Virus record (IMG/VR): IMGVR_UViG_3300033182_000980
Span: 62,001-126,000 of that record
Length of the DNA: 64,000 nt
Reading direction: 5' to 3' (one strand)
This document shows positions 35,792-45,341 of the stretch, piece after piece. Every line of letters starts with the position of its first letter. Positions within the stretch are counted from its first letter, which is position 1. A program made the position numbers and the translations under genes. The notes under the pieces are model-generated. The model ran no database searches, was not told the DNA's origin, and worked only from the letters and a program-made list of their open reading frames with translations.

Positions 35792-38700
35792 ATGATGGCA
35801 ACGCCAGATACACGAATTTTCGCTGACTTGATGAAGTTAAGTCTAGCTATGAGAGCCTATGAAGAGCTTGGGGGAGATCCCAAAGGCTTAAAGAAAGCTG
35901 AGACTATTCTTAGACGCTACAAGGGCGAGTTTGACGCTATGGTTGACACCATGATCGAATCTCTTCTTGAAGAAGGTCTACCAGGTCTTCCAGCAGGTCC
36001 TATTATGACCAAGCTCACCCAAGCTCGTAAAGGGACTTTGGATGCTGACGAAGCGATTGGTGTCGCATCAGCGATCCAAGAGGTTATGGGCTGGTTTAAC
36101 TCTCGACTTGTACAGCTAAAAGAGAGATATCCAGACAAGAGAACTAAAGAGGCATTATGTGCGATTTCTAGTGCTTGCCACGAGGACTTCATTGACCTCA
36201 ATGCTCTCCTTCAAGCACCTAGAGCGAGCCGTGCGACTACAATCGGTAAATGGATCGCTATGGCTTGTGAAGAGCTTAATCAAGCGAATGAGGTAGAGCT
36301 TGGTATTGCCGACCTCCAAGAGTCAAATCTTCTTGCAGAAGAAATCAAGAGCATTGATGCTCGTATTCGTGCTGGTAGTCTTTCCGAGGATGAGCGTATT
36401 CATCTTCTTCAAGAGCGTGAGACTAAGTTTGATCTTCTTTTGGACATGAGCCGAAACACATCGAACCGACAAGCTGTTCTTAGTGAGGCGAGTCGTATTA
36501 TCAATACCAACACAACTTTCCAAACTCGCACAGGTGAGAAGCAAGGTCTTACACCAGAGCAAGAAGAAGCGATGATGGTGAGTGGTAAGTCAATCATCGC
36601 CGCAGGTGCTGGTTCGGGTAAGACTCGTGTTCTTGCATCCAAGATTGCATATACAATCCAAGAGCTTGGGGTCAATCCTTCACAGGTGATTGCTACTACT
36701 TTTAGTAAAGAAGCCGCTGGTGAGTTGAAAAAGAGGGCATTAAAGTATTCTGACGGTGCGGCGAGAGGTCGTTATATCGGTTCTACAACCCACTCCATCT
36801 CTTACAACATTTGTAATAAAGCAAATGTATTTAAAGAGATGGAACTGATGAATGATTCTCAAGTAGTCTCTTTTGTCCAAGCGGCGATTGCACAGGTTTC
36901 TTTACTGCCAACTACTCGTATTGGTGAGGTAGAACCAAAACCTTTAATTGATACGAGTAAAGCCAGCTCCGAGACTCAACTCATTCAAGATCAGGTGGTC
37001 GAGGAAGACGACTTTCAGATCGAGTTAAAAAAGCTCTTGATTCGTACCACTCAAGCGATTGCAGATAAAGCACTTTGGGGTCAGAGTAAAGGGTATGACT
37101 GGGCTACGAGAGATCTTACTGACTTGGATAACATTGTTCAGAGCTATAGAGGGAACAAAGCCACTTTAGTACCAGAAGATCATCCAGCTTGGGACGACCC
37201 GAACTTTAGAGCCATGATTAACTACAAGATCGAATATGGTCGTGGCAAAAAGTCATTAGAGAAGGCTGGTCCGATGCCTGGATTTAATCGTTTTGCATCA
37301 CAGTATGCGACCAAAGAGGATAAGGAAGTTCCTTTGAACCAATGGTTTAATCTTGGTGTAGATCAATATGATTTGATGATGGATCGAGACGAAAAAGATT
37401 ATATGAAGTATATCGGTATCGCTAAGGCGAAGCTACAGTCTCCGACAGAGCTTTGGTTTGAAGTTAGTGAGTCTGATAAGAGCTTTGTAGCTGTTTATGC
37501 GGCGTATGAATACCTCAAGTCAAAGAAGAAGATGTATGACTTTGATGATATGCTACTTAACGCTAATAAGGTACTTGTAGAGAACCCACAAGTTTTGAGG
37601 AGGCTTCAAAGCACCTATAAGTATATCTTTGTTGATGAAGCACAAGACTTGAATCAGAGTCAGCATATCTTGTTCGGCTTAATCGCTGGACACATCAACC
37701 CTGTGACTTTAGAGGCTTATGGTGATGGTCGAATGACAGCAGACACTTATTGTTTCATTGGAGACGATAAGCAAGCTATCTATGAGTTCAGAGGAGCAGA
37801 GCCAGAAGAGTTTATTGGTATTTCAGACCAAGAGGGTGGTGAGTTTAAGACCTCTATCTTGCGTACCAACTTTAGGTCTGGTCGAAACATCGTTCGTGCG
37901 GCAAACAGTCTCATCGAGAAGAACACTAAGCAGATTAAGATGACTTGTAATCCGAACGCTTCAAAAGAAGAAGGGAGGATTTCAAGTGAGGGTTATTTGA
38001 GTACAGAAACACCTCTTTCTCCTGGTGCTGTTGAAGTTGCACAAGAAATCCGACAGCTCATTGAACTTGAGGGTTGGGATCACGAGGACGGAGAACAGCA
38101 TAAGTTCGGTATCGGTTGTCGTACCAATAAAGAGCTTTCTGGATATGCTTTTGAGCTGTTGGTTCATGGACTTCCTTATTACTCTAAGAGGGATCTGCTT
38201 GATACTGTAACAATGCTTGCTCCAGTGGAGCTGATGTCAGTTAGATCTTCTGATCCTAAGTTGAGAGCTAAGGCTTTTTACAATGCCCACAAACATCTTC
38301 TTTTCTACATTGATCGTACTTTTAATGAGGTCGTGGAAAGAAAGTCAGCATCCGCCGAGATGAACCCACTTGATTGGTACTTGACTGGAGGCTATCGTCA
38401 AATTTACACAGCAACATCACGCAAGAAGAATCAGAACGCAAAGGCTTATGCTGATATGCTCCAGTCTATCATTGACTTTAATGGTACAAATGAAGAGCTT
38501 ATCGAATTTGTAAGCTACACTGTTCGTGGTGTTGATGGTAAAAACCTCATGGAGCGTCTAGGTCGAAATCTTTCAAGGGCAGAGCTGGAAGACTTAGCGA
38601 ATGAGACTACTGGAGAGGTTAGTCAAGAAGACCTTGAGGCATATGCCGAATCTGGTAGCTCTGTTATTCATAGGGTTATGCGAGATCGTACTCTTGAGGA

Positions 38701-39100
38701 GGGTCTTGAATTCTTTATGGGTCTTAAAGAGCAATCAAAGGAAATGATGAAGAATGAAGGCAAGAAGAACTGCGTGTTCTTGGGTACGATGCACTCTTGG
38801 AAGGGATTAGAGTGTCGTGATATGTATTTGCCTATGACTAAGGGAGAGTTCCCCGATGACCGATCACCTATTGATTCGGAGCGTAGGCTTGCTTATGTTG
38901 CGATTACTCGTGGTCAAGATCGAGTGAAGGTTCTTTTCGGTCCTGGTCGAAATGAACACACAGGTGGACCATCTCAGTTTATTTCCGAGGCTTGTATTCC
39001 ATCAGAGGATTTCTTGCAGACTCGAAATGCGAGCTTCAAGGGTGCGAGCATGGAGGACTTAGACTTCATGTACGCTATGGAGCAGTATCTCGATAGCTAA
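35792..39100 (+). CDS. UvrD/Rep/PcrA superfamily 1 helicase with long N-terminal extension
   Basis: AGAGSGKT, DEAQD, GDDKQAIYEFRGA, NFRS, ERRLAYVAITR. Confidence 0.92.
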   Translation: MMATPDTRIFADLMKLSLAMRAYEELGGDPKGLKKAETILRRYKGEFDAMVDTMIESLLEEGLPGLPAGPIMTKLTQARKGTLDADEAIGVASAIQEVMGWFNSRLVQLKERYPDKRTKEALCAISSACHEDFIDLNALLQAPRASRATTIGKWIAMACEELNQANEVELGIADLQESNLLAEEIKSIDARIRAGSLSEDERIHLLQERETKFDLLLDMSRNTSNRQAVLSEASRIINTNTTFQTRTGEKQGLTPEQEEAMMVSGKSIIAAGAGSGKTRVLASKIAYTIQELGVNPSQVIATTFSKEAAGELKKRALKYSDGAARGRYIGSTTHSISYNICNKANVFKEMELMNDSQVVSFVQAAIAQVSLLPTTRIGEVEPKPLIDTSKASSETQLIQDQVVEEDDFQIELKKLLIRTTQAIADKALWGQSKGYDWATRDLTDLDNIVQSYRGNKATLVPEDHPAWDDPNFRAMINYKIEYGRGKKSLEKAGPMPGFNRFASQYATKEDKEVPLNQWFNLGVDQYDLMMDRDEKDYMKYIGIAKAKLQSPTELWFEVSESDKSFVAVYAAYEYLKSKKKMYDFDDMLLNANKVLVENPQVLRRLQSTYKYIFVDEAQDLNQSQHILFGLIAGHINPVTLEAYGDGRMTADTYCFIGDDKQAIYEFRGAEPEEFIGISDQEGGEFKTSILRTNFRSGRNIVRAANSLIEKNTKQIKMTCNPNASKEEGRISSEGYLSTETPLSPGAVEVAQEIRQLIELEGWDHEDGEQHKFGIGCRTNKELSGYAFELLVHGLPYYSKRDLLDTVTMLAPVELMSVRSSDPKLRAKAFYNAHKHLLFYIDRTFNEVVERKSASAEMNPLDWYLTGGYRQIYTATSRKKNQNAKAYADMLQSIIDFNGTNEELIEFVSYTVRGVDGKNLMERLGRNLSRAELEDLANETTGEVSQEDLEAYAESGSSVIHRVMRDRTLEEGLEFFMGLKEQSKEMMKNEGKKNCVFLGTMHSWKGLECRDMYLPMTKGEFPDDRSPIDSERRLAYVAITRGQDRVKVLFGPGRNEHTGGPSQFISEACIPSEDFLQTRNASFKGASMEDLDFMYAMEQYLDS

Positions 39101-39107
39101 GAAATCT

Positions 39108-39155
39108 TAGTCGAGTGAGGGTTAAGCGAGACTTTCCCTCACTCGGCTAGTTTCT
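39108..39155 (+). terminator. Hairpin between UvrD and RecD2 genes, probable terminator
   Basis: TAGTCGAGTGAGGG (39108-39121)/CCCTCACTCGGCTA (39136-39149). Confidence 0.55.
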
Positions 39156-39197
39156 CATAAGAGTTAAATCATATAACATGAGGAAAATGATCTCTAG

Positions 39198-41294
39198 TTG
39201 AGAAAGGTTTTCCTCGTGTTTTATGTTGCAAAAGTGTTGGGGCAGATTTTTGCTAATCCCCCTTATTATATTTTAAGATGTATCGTAGCTTCGGAGGCAG
39301 ATACAAAACCTATTGTGGTTAAAGGGAAGATCGCCGGTCCTGTCTCAAGAGGTCAAGTGTTCACCTTTCAAGGTAAAGAAACGCTCGATAAGCGTAATGG
39401 AAAAAAGAACCTAGACATCGTTCGCAATCCGATTAACCCTAAGTATTTAAAAGGTTCTGCTCTTTATAGCTGGTCGGATTGGTCAGACCCTCTCATGCAA
39501 GAGTCTATTGAGGTGATCTCAAGCCTCTCCGAAGCTGGTGTGCCTTTGAATGTCATCAACTCCATTTGGAATGATGTTCAAATGTCTCCCGACTCTATCG
39601 CCTCGAACCCTTGGTCTTTGGTCTACAAAGGTGTCTCGTTTCAAGGTGCAGATGAGATCGCTAAGACGCTACTGAAAAAAGACTTTGACCCCGAAAATGA
39701 AGGTCGGGTCGAAGCGTCTATCTTTTGGTCTATGCTTCAAGGTGTGTATCAAGGTCATTGCCACCTAGACACTAATACCGTGTTCAAAGATACTGCTGTC
39801 CTTACAGGCTTGACGAACCCGAAAGAAATCGGTCAAGTCATCAAGTCGATGAAAGAAGCAAAGCCTCCTCGCATCGTGGTCGATAAGATCCAACAAGACC
39901 CCTCTATTGGACTCTATTTGCCCTCTTATTACAAAATGGAGGTAGAGGTTGCCGAAGAAATAAAGTCGCCTCTAAGGGTCAATCCCATGCTTGAAACAAT
40001 GAGTATTGATGACATTAAGTCATACTCACGATACCCATTGACCAATACACAGCTCAAGGCTATCCAGCAAGGTCTTACAGAGCCATTCTCAATCGTGACA
40101 GGATTACCAGGAACAGGTAAGACAACTATCCTCAATACACTGTGTAAAATCCTACTTGATCGTAAAGAGAGTATCTTGCTCATTGCCCCGACAGGTATCG
40201 CCGCAAAACGAGCAAGTGCCTTAACCAATATGGATGCTTTTACAGTCCATAGAGCGTTCGGTGCTGGTCAACCTATGGACGATAAGACAGACAAGTCCGA
40301 CTATGAAGGTGTGAAGAAAGACGAAGAAAGTGGAGTTAAGGGCATTGGGAACAGCAATGACCCAAGCCGAGAGATTTGGAGGCATAACCCTCAAAACCCT
40401 CGCCCCGAATCTGTAGTCATTATAGATGAGTCCTCTATGATTGATCTTCACCTCATGTGGCGAGTGATGAAAGGTATATCGCCTAAGTGCCGAGTCATCA
40501 TGGTAGGGGATATAGCACAGCTACCCCCTGTCGGTGCTGGCTTTGTGTTGTCCGAGCTTATTGAGTCAAATGCAGTACCGAGAGAACACCTTACCGAAAT
40601 CTTTAGGCAAGGCGAGGGGAGTGGTGTTACGATTGCCGCTCACAAGATCCATGCTGGTGAAGTACCTCAACACAACAAGGATTATCAGTTTATTGATCGC
40701 TATACATCACAAGACATTCTTGACGAGATTGTGAACCGATGTAAAGAGCTTCACATGGACCAAGTAGATTTCCATGTAGTCAGCCCCACGCATCATGGCA
40801 AGGTCGGAGTCACGAACCTTAACCGAGAGCTAAGGTCGGCTTTGAACCCCGATATAGGTGGTGCTTTCATCCGAGTAGGCAACGACTCTATCCGAGTAGG
40901 TGATCGTGTGATGATTACCAAGAATGAGTATGATCTTAATGTCTATAATGGAGATATAGGTCGTATTAGGTCGATTGATAAAACAAGCGTGAGCGTACTT
41001 ATAAAGGGTGTAAAGGATCAGATCGTAGACATCCCATCTGACCAAGTAGGGAAGCTCTTGAGGCTCGCTTATGCGACAACTGTCCATAAGAGCCAAGGTC
41101 TTGAATATGACACCATCTTAATGCCTATGACCACAGATCATAGCTCAAACCTATTACAACGCTCTTTACTCTATACAGCAGTCACGAGAGCGAAAGATAA
41201 GGCTGTCTTGGTAGGGGATAAAGACGCTGTGGCTATTTGCGTTGGTAATGCGTCTAGTGGGCTTAGATACTCTAGGTTGAGGTATCGCTTTTAG
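39198..41294 (+). CDS. recD2: RecD2-like superfamily 1 helicase
   Basis: TGLPGTGKT, IIDESSM, VGDIAQLPPVG, YATTVHKSQG, LLYTAVTRAK; true start may be GTG at 39216. Confidence 0.9.
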   Translation: MRKVFLVFYVAKVLGQIFANPPYYILRCIVASEADTKPIVVKGKIAGPVSRGQVFTFQGKETLDKRNGKKNLDIVRNPINPKYLKGSALYSWSDWSDPLMQESIEVISSLSEAGVPLNVINSIWNDVQMSPDSIASNPWSLVYKGVSFQGADEIAKTLLKKDFDPENEGRVEASIFWSMLQGVYQGHCHLDTNTVFKDTAVLTGLTNPKEIGQVIKSMKEAKPPRIVVDKIQQDPSIGLYLPSYYKMEVEVAEEIKSPLRVNPMLETMSIDDIKSYSRYPLTNTQLKAIQQGLTEPFSIVTGLPGTGKTTILNTLCKILLDRKESILLIAPTGIAAKRASALTNMDAFTVHRAFGAGQPMDDKTDKSDYEGVKKDEESGVKGIGNSNDPSREIWRHNPQNPRPESVVIIDESSMIDLHLMWRVMKGISPKCRVIMVGDIAQLPPVGAGFVLSELIESNAVPREHLTEIFRQGEGSGVTIAAHKIHAGEVPQHNKDYQFIDRYTSQDILDEIVNRCKELHMDQVDFHVVSPTHHGKVGVTNLNRELRSALNPDIGGAFIRVGNDSIRVGDRVMITKNEYDLNVYNGDIGRIRSIDKTSVSVLIKGVKDQIVDIPSDQVGKLLRLAYATTVHKSQGLEYDTILMPMTTDHSSNLLQRSLLYTAVTRAKDKAVLVGDKDAVAICVGNASSGLRYSRLRYRF

Positions 41295-42484
41295 ACGAAG
41301 ATAGTATCTTCTCTATCTGCACCCGTTGAAATGATCGACACTGGACAAACCTTCTCGCTTATATAACCAACATAAGCCTTTAGGTTCGCATGGAGGAATG
41401 AGTAGTCTTGAACACCCGCTGTATTATCCCAGCCGTCAAAGACTTCCATGCCCCCCTTCAATCCAATCTTTACCTCGCTAAACCCATCGAGGACATCAAC
41501 CTTGGTGAGAGCGAGTGAGGTAAAGCCATTTAGGATTTGAGCTTCCCGAAGCATTGGTAGCGAGTTCCAACCACAGCGTCTAGCCCGACCTGTGACTACT
41601 CCAAACTCACCCCCTTGAGTCCTTAGACGCTCACCAAGTTCACCTGTGTCCTCTAACCCAAATGGTCCAGCACCAACTCGTGTGCAATAGGCTTTCACTA
41701 CCCCAATGATTTCTGCATCACGAGGTAAGGCACAGCCAATACCTGCACTAATGCCTCCTGCAATCGTAGTAGAACTTGTTACGAATGGGTATGTGCCATG
41801 TGAGATGTCGAGGAATGTACCTTGAGCACCCTCAATGATGATCTTATTTGCTCCACCATTCATGGCTTCATGGAGCTTCACAGACAGGTTGTCATAGATG
41901 AATGGTATCCAGTTATTTCTCCACTTGTTCAACTTGGACATGATTTGCTCCTGTACAAGAGGAGCTGATAAACCGCCATGAGCCATAGCGATGAGCTTGG
42001 TTTTCTCTGCCCATGTCTTTGGGTCGAGTAGATCACCGACTCTTAAACCAATGCGTCTGGCTTTATCTTCATAGCAGACACCGATACCGTTGCGAGTTGT
42101 TCCGATACGATTGTCAGATTTCTCTTCACGAGCTGTATCTACCTCAATGTGGATAGGGAGGATGAGATGAGCACGATGGTCGATGAGAACCCTCTTACTT
42201 GCTTCCTCATAACCAACCATTTTACAGAGCATATCGAACTCACCTTGGAGAACATCAAGGTTGATCGCCATACCAGCTCCGAGTACACCCTTTGCTCCTC
42301 TTAGGACACCAGAGGGGAGGAGTCGGAGCTTGTATGTCTCCCCACCAAAGATGATGGTATGCCCAGCGTTGCTTCCCCCTTGAAAACGGATGCAGTAGTC
42401 AGCGTTGCCCGACAAGAAATCAACGATCTTGCCTTTACCCTCATCACCCCATTGAGCACCGATTACAGCTATGACTTGAGTCAT
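41291..42484 (-). CDS. purA: Adenylosuccinate synthetase
   Basis: QWGDEGKGK, RFQGGSNAGHT, EGAQG, GTYPFVTSS, GEFGVVTGRARRCGW, LTKVDVLDG. Confidence 0.95.
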   Translation of the reverse strand: MTQVIAVIGAQWGDEGKGKIVDFLSGNADYCIRFQGGSNAGHTIIFGGETYKLRLLPSGVLRGAKGVLGAGMAINLDVLQGEFDMLCKMVGYEEASKRVLIDHRAHLILPIHIEVDTAREEKSDNRIGTTRNGIGVCYEDKARRIGLRVGDLLDPKTWAEKTKLIAMAHGGLSAPLVQEQIMSKLNKWRNNWIPFIYDNLSVKLHEAMNGGANKIIIEGAQGTFLDISHGTYPFVTSSTTIAGGISAGIGCALPRDAEIIGVVKAYCTRVGAGPFGLEDTGELGERLRTQGGEFGVVTGRARRCGWNSLPMLREAQILNGFTSLALTKVDVLDGFSEVKIGLKGGMEVFDGWDNTAGVQDYSFLHANLKAYVGYISEKVCPVSIISTGADREDTIFV

Positions 42485-42503
42485 TTGTATCTCCATTAGT
42501 TAA

Positions 42504-42515
42504 TAGTTTGTTTAT
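42504..42515 (+). promoter_or_regulatory. Motif A
   Basis: TAGTTTGTTTAT upstream of 42558. Confidence 0.6.
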
Positions 42516-42557
42516 TGATACCAAGCTATAAACAAGAACCTTGAAAGGAAATGCTTT

Positions 42558-43772
42558 ATGGCCTATCACTTTGATCCCGAAAGTCTCTCACGAGCGATTA
42601 TAAACGAAGCCGAGCAAACAAAAGCACTCAAGTTAAGTCGTTTATCCCATGAAGATATGGTGGGTCTACTCTTACTCACGCTTGCATATAACGAAAAATT
42701 TCACAAGCAGGTTAGAAGGCTGGAAGACTTACTTGATGCCGATGTTCTATTCTTTACATCTAACCGAAAACTTCAGAAGATGGCTCTAACCCTTTGCTAT
42801 GAACTAGAGGCGGATGGTGCGGCTATAGCTCGTGTGATCGTTAATGCTTCTAAAGATAAAAGCATTGAGGGTGCACTTAAAAGAGTTGGGCTTTATGGGG
42901 GGAGAATCCGTGAAGGATCTCATCTTGGAAGAAAAGCGTCTGCTAGACAACACCATGAAGAGATGATGGCTAAGTTTCGTATGCCTCGCCTTGATCGTGA
43001 TCGCTACACCCCATTAAAAGGAATGGAAGGCCCATTTCAGTTTAAGGGTGGAGAGATCCTTTATTATGATCCTCGTGAGGGCAAGTATTATGACCGAGAT
43101 GCTGATATGTATCTTTCAGATCGGGATGCTGACAGGATCACATCACGCACAGCCTACAAACTTGCTGGTAGTGGTTTGAAATCAGTCCAAACATTGCTTC
43201 CTGGCACAACAGACCGAGAAGCCAATCAGTTCCTCCACGCTCTATCTGCTTTGGTCGTAGACGGTGATGTCTTAGATTCACGCATACAGAAGATCAAAGG
43301 GGAGCTGGAGGTTGAGACACCCTCGCATGGTATTCACCCTAGCTCTCCTAGTTATCCAGAGAATGACTTTGTAAATGGCACAACAGGGGCTAAAGTGCAG
43401 TTAGAAATCGAGGTCGAAATGGACGACCTCGAAAGACTCGCCAAGATCAATGTGAGTGATCTATATCTGGATAATGCTAGAGCAGTCCATGCTTTGTGTG
43501 ATGCAATCACCAAGAACATCAATGGCAACATTCTTAGGAATATGGATGATGAGGAGCTTGATCTCGCTTTCGGTGAGGTACAGCATGAGGTCGAGTACGA
43601 TATACCAGAGTATCACAACCTCACTCACATTGAGATTGTTGAGCATGACTATAAGGTAATAGGCTTAGACCTTAAAGGTGATAGAGCAATCGTTGCAACT
43701 GTATTGGTTCGGGTGGAGTATGGCATCTTTGTTGAGTTCGATAAAGATGCTTGGGAAGCCGACAAATACTAA
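42558..43772 (+). CDS. Modular hypothetical protein, putative virion protein
   Basis: Preceded by TAGTTTGTTTAT; internal module MEGPF...ILYYDPREGKYYD...DMYL bounded by RKA/S and RTA/YKLA/G. Confidence 0.75.
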   Translation: MAYHFDPESLSRAIINEAEQTKALKLSRLSHEDMVGLLLLTLAYNEKFHKQVRRLEDLLDADVLFFTSNRKLQKMALTLCYELEADGAAIARVIVNASKDKSIEGALKRVGLYGGRIREGSHLGRKASARQHHEEMMAKFRMPRLDRDRYTPLKGMEGPFQFKGGEILYYDPREGKYYDRDADMYLSDRDADRITSRTAYKLAGSGLKSVQTLLPGTTDREANQFLHALSALVVDGDVLDSRIQKIKGELEVETPSHGIHPSSPSYPENDFVNGTTGAKVQLEIEVEMDDLERLAKINVSDLYLDNARAVHALCDAITKNINGNILRNMDDEELDLAFGEVQHEVEYDIPEYHNLTHIEIVEHDYKVIGLDLKGDRAIVATVLVRVEYGIFVEFDKDAWEADKY

Positions 43773-43784
43773 TAGTTTGTTTAT
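43773..43784 (+). promoter_or_regulatory. Motif A
   Basis: TAGTTTGTTTAT upstream of leader protein 4. Confidence 0.65.
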
Positions 43785-43835
43785 ACCTACCAATAAGTGA
43801 TCATTAAACCCTTAACCTTGAATGGAGAACCGATT

Positions 43836-44306
43836 ATGAGAAGATCAGCTTCAGAAATCATCAGTGACCTTGAAAATCGTATTGCACGACTTGAAGGTAA
43901 GACAGCCAACCACAATGCGAACATTAAGATCTCAACTTCCTGGTATACAGGCAGTCCAAGAGATGATGTGAGAATGATGACCTTGACTGATATAGTTGAT
44001 GAAGCTCAATCTGATTTTGAGTCTCAACAAAATCAACTTAAGGAAGATATTGAGCTAGGAGACGCTGAACGAGGTACTAACTTTAATGTCTACATTGACA
44101 TTGGATATGGTCAACTTCGCATTAACTCTGGTGCTGATGATGGAACTACTAACTATCAAGCTGGATGTGTTTGTTGTCTTTGGTCTGCTTTTGTAGCGGC
44201 AGGTCTTGCCGAGATGTCCTATCCTAATGCTTCAAAAAAACTAGCTTCCATGCTAAAAACTCGGTTAAGAGGTTTCTCGGTATCTGTGAATATAGAGAAG
44301 GCTTAA
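43836..44306 (+). CDS. MRRSASE-leader protein 4
   Basis: MRRSASEIISDLENRIARLEGKTA; GGAGAA RBS places the start at 43836. Confidence 0.85.
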   Translation: MRRSASEIISDLENRIARLEGKTANHNANIKISTSWYTGSPRDDVRMMTLTDIVDEAQSDFESQQNQLKEDIELGDAERGTNFNVYIDIGYGQLRINSGADDGTTNYQAGCVCCLWSAFVAAGLAEMSYPNASKKLASMLKTRLRGFSVSVNIEKA

Positions 44307-45277
44307 TCTTCGACTCGTTCAAGATAAGAGATAGCCATTTCCTTAGCTCCATTCGACCCCATAGTCTGCATGACTCGCTCTTTGAGCGTAAGCTCTGACC
44401 AACCCGATGTGGCTACAGCTTTCATCTTGTCCACTATGTCCTCCATGCGTTGCTTATCTTCCTTCTCACGCACCGTTTCCTCAATCTTGAATACCTCATT
44501 GGCATCTCGTACAGGAACATCGTGTCGGACGAAGTTAAGCGAATCTTTGGTGGCTTGAACCTCGATCACACAAGGTCTACGGTCTAAGTCATCAAGGTGT
44601 AAAGAGCCTCTAGTTAATGACCCGACATTAACTACCCTCGCTCCATTTAAGAGTGTGGAGATCCCTTGGTCTTTATGCCAATGACCAAAGAACCAACCGT
44701 CAACCTCTGTGTTGTCGTTGAGGAAGTCATATCCGATTATATCCTCGTTCTCGAACATAGAGCCAGTCTTACCTTGCCGAGCCAACAGGTGGCAAGCGAC
44801 TAACAGATAATCCTCGTCTTTCTTCTTTATGCTCTTGAGCCGATCAAAGTCATAGATGACCCCATGATAAGGCACACCCACCACCCGAACCTTGACTCCA
44901 TCTTTCTCAAGGTTGATTTCTACATCATCGCCAAACTGCTTGAACACCCCCGATGAGAATAGGACACCTAGAGGTTGTTCGGGTAAGTAGTCTATATTGC
45001 CATATTTCACATCGTGGTTGCCGACTAGACCATAAGTGGGGCAAGGGTAATGCTCATGTGCTTCACACGCTCTACGGACTAAACTATGGCTGTTCTTGGT
45101 GGGTGATTTAACATCAAAGAAGTCTCCCCCATCAAGCACAGCGTCAATCCCTTTATCTTTGGCGAGATCACCAATCCACTTGAGCTTATTGACCACATCG
45201 TCAGTCCAGTTTCCTGTGCGTCTGCGAGGCGTTTTATCACCCATGTGGACATCGGTTCTCCATAGTAGCTTTATCAT
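44303..45277 (-). CDS. SbcD/Mre11-like metallophosphoesterase (DNA repair exonuclease)
   Basis: TDVHMG, GGDFFD, GNHD, GHWH, NVGSLTR. Confidence 0.8.
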   Translation of the reverse strand: MIKLLWRTDVHMGDKTPRRRTGNWTDDVVNKLKWIGDLAKDKGIDAVLDGGDFFDVKSPTKNSHSLVRRACEAHEHYPCPTYGLVGNHDVKYGNIDYLPEQPLGVLFSSGVFKQFGDDVEINLEKDGVKVRVVGVPYHGVIYDFDRLKSIKKKDEDYLLVACHLLARQGKTGSMFENEDIIGYDFLNDNTEVDGWFFGHWHKDQGISTLLNGARVVNVGSLTRGSLHLDDLDRRPCVIEVQATKDSLNFVRHDVPVRDANEVFKIEETVREKEDKQRMEDIVDKMKAVATSGWSELTLKERVMQTMGSNGAKEMAISYLERVED

Positions 45278-45293
45278 AGGTTCAACCTCTCAA

Positions 45294-45305
45294 TAGTTTA
45301 TTTAT
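45294..45305 (+). promoter_or_regulatory. Motif A
   Basis: TAGTTTATTTAT upstream of leader protein 5. Confidence 0.65.
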
Positions 45306-45341
45306 CACTATACTTATATGATCAAACTAAGGAGAACTAAC

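Noticed and set aside
41291-42484. PurZ (2-aminoadenine Z-genome pathway)
   Set aside because: The motif is GDEGKG with the canonical PurA Asp; PurZ has Ser at this position, and no DatZ or MazZ is visible.
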